From an uncultured Gammaproteobacteria bacterium (GTDB lineage: Bacteria > Patescibacteriota > Microgenomatia > UBA8517 > UBA10165), in NCBI GenBank assembly GCA_964564005.1, contig CAZLZK010000001.1:3588-60048 (forward strand): a stretch of DNA of 56,461 nt, given 5' to 3'. Below, piece after piece: positions 51,417 through 56,461 of the stretch (the first letter of the stretch is position 1; each line of letters opens with the position of its first letter). The notes below the pieces were generated by a model that did no database searches, was not told the origin of the DNA, and saw nothing but the letters and a program-made list of their open reading frames with translations. Made by a program: the position numbers and the translations under genes.

Positions 51417-52409
51417 TTAGAGCGCAGAAAAGACTTTATGTACGAAACGGTACATTCCCCATAATTCTTTGACTACTCCCCAATCAACTTTTCCACCTTT
51501 CGGCTGGACGTGGCCGAAGAGGTCGGCGATGTGGTAGACCACAGGCACTTTACTGCCCACAGCTTCTTTTAACTTCTGGCTTTCAATCCAAGGCACATAG
51601 CTGTCGTTTTTATCGTGGAGAATAAAAAGGCGTGCTTTAAAACTATTAAGATTGACATCCGGCGACAAACGCTCCAAAGCTTGCTTTTGCTCCTCCGTAA
51701 GCCTCCCCGCCTCCTTGAAAAGTTCCAAGGAACCGCCCAATGGTTGCATTATCTTCTCCGCATGACTTGTTGCTCCTTCTGCGGGTTCCCACGGGATTTC
51801 CTGGCCATCAACCACGATCTTGCGTGTCGCAAGTTCGGTTAGATAATCTTCAAGGCTGTAATAGCCCCCAAACCAAATCAGCGAGTGTACTTTATCCGCA
51901 ATATCCGGGTTTTCTGCTGCAACCATGGCAATTGATGAGCCGACAGAAAAGCCGAAGAGAGAAATGAGCTTCGGGTTAACCTCTCCTCTACTTCCCAAAT
52001 ATTTAAAGCTTTCAACAAAAACCTGTGGGTCCTCCATTAAGCCCTCAGTTTTATCCACGATTTTACTCCTCGGCCATATAGCAACATATCCCAATCGGGC
52101 AAAGCTATCGGCAGCGCCTAAAAGCAAGGGCCTGTCTTTCTCTTGTGTATAAACCCCCATTGCGAAGATAACTGCGGGGCAGGGGCAACCTTTGGCAGGC
52201 AATACGATGTCGCCAACCACTTCTGGTGCATCGCCAAGCTCCACAATCTCGTGCTTGGGCTCCCGAGTAAACCATCCAAGGGGTTTCACTGAAATCTGCG
52301 GAAACTCTTGGGAGACGAAAAGAAGCGTCTTGGTATTCGTCTCAATCGGCTTCCAGAATGCGACAGCTACAACAAAAACTAAAAGGAGTGCAATCCAAAC
52401 TTTTCTCAT
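51417..52409 (-). CDS. Membrane-anchored alpha/beta-fold serine hydrolase
   Basis: 330 aa. N-terminal signal/anchor MRKVWIALLLVFVVAVAFW, nucleophile elbow GFSVGSSIA (GxSxG), C-terminal Asp/His candidates (HDKNDSYVP, GHVQP). Confidence 0.75.
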   Translation of the reverse strand: MRKVWIALLLVFVVAVAFWKPIETNTKTLLFVSQEFPQISVKPLGWFTREPKHEIVELGDAPEVVGDIVLPAKGCPCPAVIFAMGVYTQEKDRPLLLGAADSFARLGYVAIWPRSKIVDKTEGLMEDPQVFVESFKYLGSRGEVNPKLISLFGFSVGSSIAMVAAENPDIADKVHSLIWFGGYYSLEDYLTELATRKIVVDGQEIPWEPAEGATSHAEKIMQPLGGSLELFKEAGRLTEEQKQALERLSPDVNLNSFKARLFILHDKNDSYVPWIESQKLKEAVGSKVPVVYHIADLFGHVQPKGGKVDWGVVKELWGMYRFVHKVFSAL

Positions 52410-52433
52410 AACTTATATAATAGTAGATACATC

Positions 52434-52817
52434 ATGAATATTAAAACAGGGGTTGATATTGTGTACCTGCCGAGGTTTCGCACCAGCTTAAAGCGTGGAG
52501 GGGCTGCTTTTTTACAAAGAGTTTATCTTCCGCAGGAGCTAAAGGATAAACAGAGCTTGTCTTCGATTAAGCAAAGCTTGTCTTCGATTAAAAGAACAAC
52601 GCGGCTTGCCGGAATTTTTACTTCCAAAGAAGCAGTAATTAAGGCTCTAGACTTACCCGCTGGCTCGTGGCATGACATTCAAATAACCCACAACTCGAAA
52701 GGCGCGCCCCGCGTCCACCTTCTCACCTCTCAGCTCTCACATCCCACCTCCTCCTCGCTAAGCATCTCCCACGACGGCAACTACGTCATTGCTCATTTTG
52801 TAGTTATACTAAAATAA
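52434..52817 (+). CDS. acpS: Holo-[acyl-carrier-protein] synthase (4'-phosphopantetheinyl transferase, AcpS type)
   Basis: 127 aa. GVDIVYLPRF, AGIFTSKEAVIKAL, ITHNSKGAP, SISHDGNYVIA, which are the AcpS signature blocks. Carries an in-frame 21-bp repeat insertion (KQSLSSIKQSLSSIK). Confidence 0.85.
   Translation: MNIKTGVDIVYLPRFRTSLKRGGAAFLQRVYLPQELKDKQSLSSIKQSLSSIKRTTRLAGIFTSKEAVIKALDLPAGSWHDIQITHNSKGAPRVHLLTSQLSHPTSSSLSISHDGNYVIAHFVVILK
52547..52591 (+). repeat. 21-bp repeat family, 2 tandem units plus a partial one (TAAACAGAGCTTGTCTTCGAT / TAAGCAAAGCTTGTCTTCGAT)
   Basis: Units at 52547-52567 and 52568-52588. Lies in the plus-strand acpS gene and is read as KQSLSSIKQSLSSIK. Confidence 0.95.
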
Positions 52818-54112
52818 TGATCCGGAAACTTCCCGGGAAAGACAAAATCCTTTTTGCTGTTGGAGGTTTGGGAGAAAATGTCACTTTTCAGGCAGTAACA
52901 GCCTGGCTTATCTTTTTCTGGGCGGGAAAAGGAGATCCGGAAAAAGCTTTGGTGCCCATAGGTCTTTTGGGAGTTTTACTTGGTGTGGGCCGTTTTATCG
53001 AGGCATTTGATGATCCCTTGATAGGTTATCTTTCTGACCGCACCAAAAGCCGCTGGGGGAGAAGATTTCCGTATGTCTTTTTCGGCGCTCCGTTTTTAGC
53101 ACTGACCTTTTTCCTTCTTTGGATACCACTTGCGGGGGTATCAATTAGCGCTCAAGCCGTATACCTTTTTATAATTTTACAGCTTTTCTTTCTGGCCTAC
53201 ACCCTAGTTTCCGCACCTTATGAGGGGATTTTGCCCGAGATTGCCAAGACGAGCGCCGATCGAGTCTCAACTTCCGCCTGGAGGGTTTTGTTTGGGGTAA
53301 TCGGGGCGGCAATAGGCCTGGTTGTATCAGGCATCATAATCCAGTTTTTTGGTTTTGTTGCCATGGGTGGAATTTTGGGGATAGTTAGCATTATTGCCTT
53401 TTGGATTGCCGTTTTTGGAATTAGAAAACGTTTGAGTCAGTCGCAGGCTGTTGCCAAGATAAACCTTTTTGTGGCGCTTCGCTCAACCTTACGCAATTCC
53501 CAGTTTCTCATCTTCTCGCTGGCATTTATTCTTTTTTCTCTGGGCCTTAATCTTTTAACCGCACTTATGCCTTTTTATGTCAAAGTAATTTTGGGCAGGC
53601 CGGAAGGTATGGTGGCTCTGTTTTCCGGTCTGGTGCTTGTCAGCATGCTCACTTCTTTACCTCTTTATAACTTACTTTCAAAACTCAAAGGTAAAAAATG
53701 GGTCTATTCGCGTTCCATGTTTATTTTGGCAGGCCTCTTCCCTCTGCTTTTTGTTGTGGGGATGTTGCCGATAGGGGATGCATTTATCCAGCTTGTGGTT
53801 TTGGCAATTCTTATCGGGGTAGCTTTGGCCGGACAGTTTGTTTTTCCCAATGCCATTTTGGCAGATGTGATTGACTATGACGCGACAAAAACCGGCTTAA
53901 GACGCGAGGCCATCTATTACGGCATGCAGAATACCCTGCAAAAATTCTCCTTTGCCCTATCAAGCATTATTTTCGGCACCACTCTTTCCTTTTTTGGAGC
54001 AACAGTTGACCATTCCTTAGGCCTCCGCTTAATCGGCCCAATAGCAGGCCTGGCAACCCTTTTTGGATTTGTTATCTTTGTTTTATGGTACAAATTACCT
54101 GATGAAGTCTAA
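52817..54112 (+). CDS. MFS transporter of the GPH/MFS_2 (MelB-like) family
   Basis: 431 aa, 12 TM. DDPLIGYLSDRTKSRWGRRFPY is the GPH-family loop 2-3 motif. The start overlaps the acpS stop (TAATG). Confidence 0.8.
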   Translation: MIRKLPGKDKILFAVGGLGENVTFQAVTAWLIFFWAGKGDPEKALVPIGLLGVLLGVGRFIEAFDDPLIGYLSDRTKSRWGRRFPYVFFGAPFLALTFFLLWIPLAGVSISAQAVYLFIILQLFFLAYTLVSAPYEGILPEIAKTSADRVSTSAWRVLFGVIGAAIGLVVSGIIIQFFGFVAMGGILGIVSIIAFWIAVFGIRKRLSQSQAVAKINLFVALRSTLRNSQFLIFSLAFILFSLGLNLLTALMPFYVKVILGRPEGMVALFSGLVLVSMLTSLPLYNLLSKLKGKKWVYSRSMFILAGLFPLLFVVGMLPIGDAFIQLVVLAILIGVALAGQFVFPNAILADVIDYDATKTGLRREAIYYGMQNTLQKFSFALSSIIFGTTLSFFGATVDHSLGLRLIGPIAGLATLFGFVIFVLWYKLPDEV

Positions 54113-54113
54113 G

Positions 54114-54965
54114 ATGCTAGTTTATCTGGGGATATTTGTTGGATCTATCATACTTTTAAGCTTGTATGGATTTTGGGTTGCTACCCATCCTCCAAAATAT
54201 ATCACCAACCTTACTCCAAAAGATTTAGGCTGGAAGTTTGAGGATATTACATTAACCACTTCTGATGGAGTAAAACTTGCTGCCTGGTTTGTTCCCGCGG
54301 GCAAGTCCTCCGATAAGGTGATTGTTCTTCTTCATGGGTATCCCGCTGATAAAGCAAATTTACTTGGGTGGGCAGAATTTTTGCATCAGGATTTTAATCT
54401 TTTCTTTTTGGATTTTAGATATTTTGGCAGCAGCGAGGGTAATATAACTACAATTGGTCTGCAAGAACAAAAAGATCTTGAGGCAGCAATAGGCTATTTG
54501 CAAGAAAAAGGGGTTGATAAAATCGGAGCCATGGGTTTTTCTTTGGGCGGAGCGGTTGCAATCATAGTCGGCGCAAAAGACGGTGGTATTGGTGCAATCG
54601 TTTCAGACAGTGCCTATGCAAGTCTTTCGGACATGAGCAAGGTTTATTACAAAAATCTCTGGATTTTGGAATACCCTCTCTCGGCTCTGACCGCTCTCTG
54701 GTCCAAAATATTTTTAGGCGCAACCCCTAGCAAGATTTCGCCAGAAAAGGCGGCCCGAAGCTTAGGAATTCCCATACTTCTTATTCATTCCAGGAAAGAC
54801 CAGATCATCCCCTTTGAGAACGCTCTTAAAATAGAAGAGGCGCTCAAGCAAAATCAGGAAGCACAATTCCTCTTTCTTGAAAAAGGAACGCACGGCGCCT
54901 TGCCGTCTCAGGTTTTAGAAGAATACGAGAAAACGGTGTTAGAATTCTTTATGAAGCACCTTTAG
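54114..54965 (+). CDS. Membrane-anchored alpha/beta-fold serine hydrolase
   Basis: N-terminal TM (LVYLGIFVGSIILLSLYGFWV), VIVLLHGYPADK, GFSLGGAVA (GxSxG), HSRKDQIIP, GTHGA. Alternative starts at 54102 or 54063. Confidence 0.8.
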   Translation: MLVYLGIFVGSIILLSLYGFWVATHPPKYITNLTPKDLGWKFEDITLTTSDGVKLAAWFVPAGKSSDKVIVLLHGYPADKANLLGWAEFLHQDFNLFFLDFRYFGSSEGNITTIGLQEQKDLEAAIGYLQEKGVDKIGAMGFSLGGAVAIIVGAKDGGIGAIVSDSAYASLSDMSKVYYKNLWILEYPLSALTALWSKIFLGATPSKISPEKAARSLGIPILLIHSRKDQIIPFENALKIEEALKQNQEAQFLFLEKGTHGALPSQVLEEYEKTVLEFFMKHL

Positions 54966-54979
54966 CCGAAAAACGACTT

Positions 54980-56461
54980 ATGTCTTATCAAAATCTTGGA
55001 CAGCTTGTAGAAGAAAATTCCCAGAAACATGGCGACAAAATTGCCTATCAGATTAAGCGTGGTTTGAGAACCGAGCGTCTTACTTTCGGCGAAGTCCATT
55101 CGCTCGCCTTAAAGACTGCAACCTTCTTGCAAAAACAAGGCTTAAAAAAGGGCGATAAAGTTGCGATTTGGGCTTCGAATATGCCTGAATACCCAATCCT
55201 CTATTTTGGCTGCTGGCTGGGGGGTTTTGTTGCAGTGCCAATTGATGTACGCACAACAGAGGATACACTTCGGGTGTTCCTTGAAAAGGCGCGCTGTCTG
55301 GTGGGTTTCAAGGGTGGGTATGTTCCAGGAGAATTCCCCAAGGAGTTGATCAGCAAGCATTTTGTGCTTGAAGACCTAGTTTCATTGGTGGGCAACTTGC
55401 CCGAAGCACAAGATCTGGCAGATGTCAAGCCAGAAGACCTCGCTGAAATTGCCTTTACCTCGGGGACAACCGGAACGCCGAAAGGAGTGATGTTAACACA
55501 CGAAAACTTTTTGTCGGACGTTGAAGCTTTAACAAAAGTTTTCCCTTTTAAGTCGAGCTGGCGAGCACTTTCCCTTTTGCCTCTTTCGCATGCATTTGAG
55601 CAGGTCGTCGACTTTCTCGCTCTTTATCAAGAAGGAATACCGGTTACTTACCTTGTGCGGATAAACAGTTTAACTATTCTTAAGGCTCTGCGGAAAAACA
55701 AAATTACTTCTGTTGTGCTTGTACCACAAGCGCTAAGACTCCTTTTCAATGGCATCGAAAGGGGGGTAGAAAAGCAAGGAAAAACTAAGGAGTTTATGCG
55801 AGCACTACAAATTGCGCCGTACTTGCCGTTCTTTTTGCGTCGCAGGCTTTTTAAAAAAGTACACGAAAATTTGGGTGGAAACTTAAATATTTTGGGTTCA
55901 GGGTCTGCCCCTCTGGATCTAAAACTTGCAAAAAATTGGGAGGCCTTAGGGGTTCAGGTTGTTGAAGGCTATGGAGCGACAGAAACAACGGCGGCTTTAA
56001 CGATAAACACACCATCCTCTAAACGCCTCGGGTCTGTGGGGCGTGTCCTTCCGGGAATGGAGGTTAAAATCGACCCCAAAACCCACGAAATTATGGCAAA
56101 AGGTCCTAATATTTCTCCCGGCTATTTCGAGGATCCCGAAAAAACCAAACGCGCTTTCTCGGACGGGTGGTACCGAACAGGAGACATTGGGGAATTTGAT
56201 AAAGATGGATTTTTATATATCACTGGGCGGGAGGCGTTCCGAATAGTCCTTCCGAATGGACAAAAGGTTTATCCAGAAGATCTGGAGAAAAAATTGAATG
56301 CCCACCCATTGGTTAAAGAGGCTTGTATTGTGGGAGTAAAACGCGAAGAGGGAGAGGTTGTGCACGCTGCAATCATCACCAAATCAATGCAGTCTTTAAA
56401 CCAAATTGTCCACGATATTAACCAGGAACTTGCCTCCCATGAGCAAATTTTAGAAAGCAGT
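54980..56461 (+). CDS. AMP-dependent synthetase/ligase, long-chain fatty acyl-CoA/ACP synthetase-like (3' end outside window)
   Basis: Open frame from ATG 54980 to the window end (494 codons), not in the ORF track because no stop lies in the window. Motifs FTSGTTGTPKGVMLTHENF, LPLSHAFE, EGYGATETT, GWYRTGDIGEFDKDGFLYITGR. Confidence 0.85.
   Translation, partial: MSYQNLGQLVEENSQKHGDKIAYQIKRGLRTERLTFGEVHSLALKTATFLQKQGLKKGDKVAIWASNMPEYPILYFGCWLGGFVAVPIDVRTTEDTLRVFLEKARCLVGFKGGYVPGEFPKELISKHFVLEDLVSLVGNLPEAQDLADVKPEDLAEIAFTSGTTGTPKGVMLTHENFLSDVEALTKVFPFKSSWRALSLLPLSHAFEQVVDFLALYQEGIPVTYLVRINSLTILKALRKNKITSVVLVPQALRLLFNGIERGVEKQGKTKEFMRALQIAPYLPFFLRRRLFKKVHENLGGNLNILGSGSAPLDLKLAKNWEALGVQVVEGYGATETTAALTINTPSSKRLGSVGRVLPGMEVKIDPKTHEIMAKGPNISPGYFEDPEKTKRAFSDGWYRTGDIGEFDKDGFLYITGREAFRIVLPNGQKVYPEDLEKKLNAHPLVKEACIVGVKREEGEVVHAAIITKSMQSLNQIVHDINQELASHEQILESS

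Noticed and set aside
52393-52421. Possible acpS promoter, with TATAAT at 52416-52421.
   Set aside because: The -10 hexamer is good, but no acceptable -35 is found at 16-18 bp (ATCCAA or TCCAAA), and the whole divergent gap is only 24 bp. It is too weak to annotate as a feature.
1-56461. Searched by eye for tRNA, rRNA, integrase, transposase, phage genes, toxin-antitoxin pairs and defence-system hallmarks.
   Set aside because: Non-coding gaps are too short: only one exceeds 75 bp, and it has no cloverleaf potential. Every long ORF is accounted for by envelope glycosylation, lipid-related or hypothetical functions. Nothing resembles recombinase, nuclease or ATPase defence modules.

Overview
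The window is almost entirely coding (about 47 CDS). I found no rRNA, tRNA, CRISPR array, transposase or integrase.

**Minus-strand glycosylation array (390-49708).** This is one uninterrupted run of 39 tightly packed genes, many with 4-8 nt overlaps, devoted to envelope glycosylation.
- About 20 are polytopic membrane proteins resembling GT-C-fold glycosyltransferases. They fall into several paralog families: five PMT_2/ArnT-like, three of the so-called PTPS_related type, four of a D-x-x-R-D type, PIG-V-like, DUF2029/Gpi18-like, one YfhO-like, one TMTC-like, one ArnT-like and one unclassified.
- There are 9 GT2 enzymes, three of them Dpm1/GtrB-type polyprenyl-phosphate sugar synthases, and 3 GT4 enzymes.
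- The remainder are two MOP/Wzx-type flippases, an EamA transporter, a SAM methyltransferase, a DHH phosphoesterase, a CHRD-like exoprotein and a small membrane protein with a TM helix at each end.

**Right end (49805-56461).** It holds a divergent PIG-V-like gene, an orphan ORF and what looks like a lipid-salvage module: two membrane-anchored alpha/beta hydrolases, acpS, a GPH/MFS_2 transporter and a partial long-chain acyl-CoA/ACP synthetase.

**Most unusual sequence-level signals.**
- A 21-bp interspersed repeat family (TAARC-NN-AGCTTG-WCTKCG-WW) occurs at seven or more loci. It usually appears as two tandem units inserted in frame into unrelated genes and is read in three different frames. 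A longer hairpin-bearing version sits in the only sizeable intergenic region.
- Several short tandem tracts have unit lengths that are not multiples of 3 (7 bp and 16 bp). They lie inside glycosyltransferase genes and could act as frameshift switches.

Gene content and architecture resemble Candidate Phyla Radiation/Patescibacteria genomes. That is an inference only and cannot be verified without a database search.
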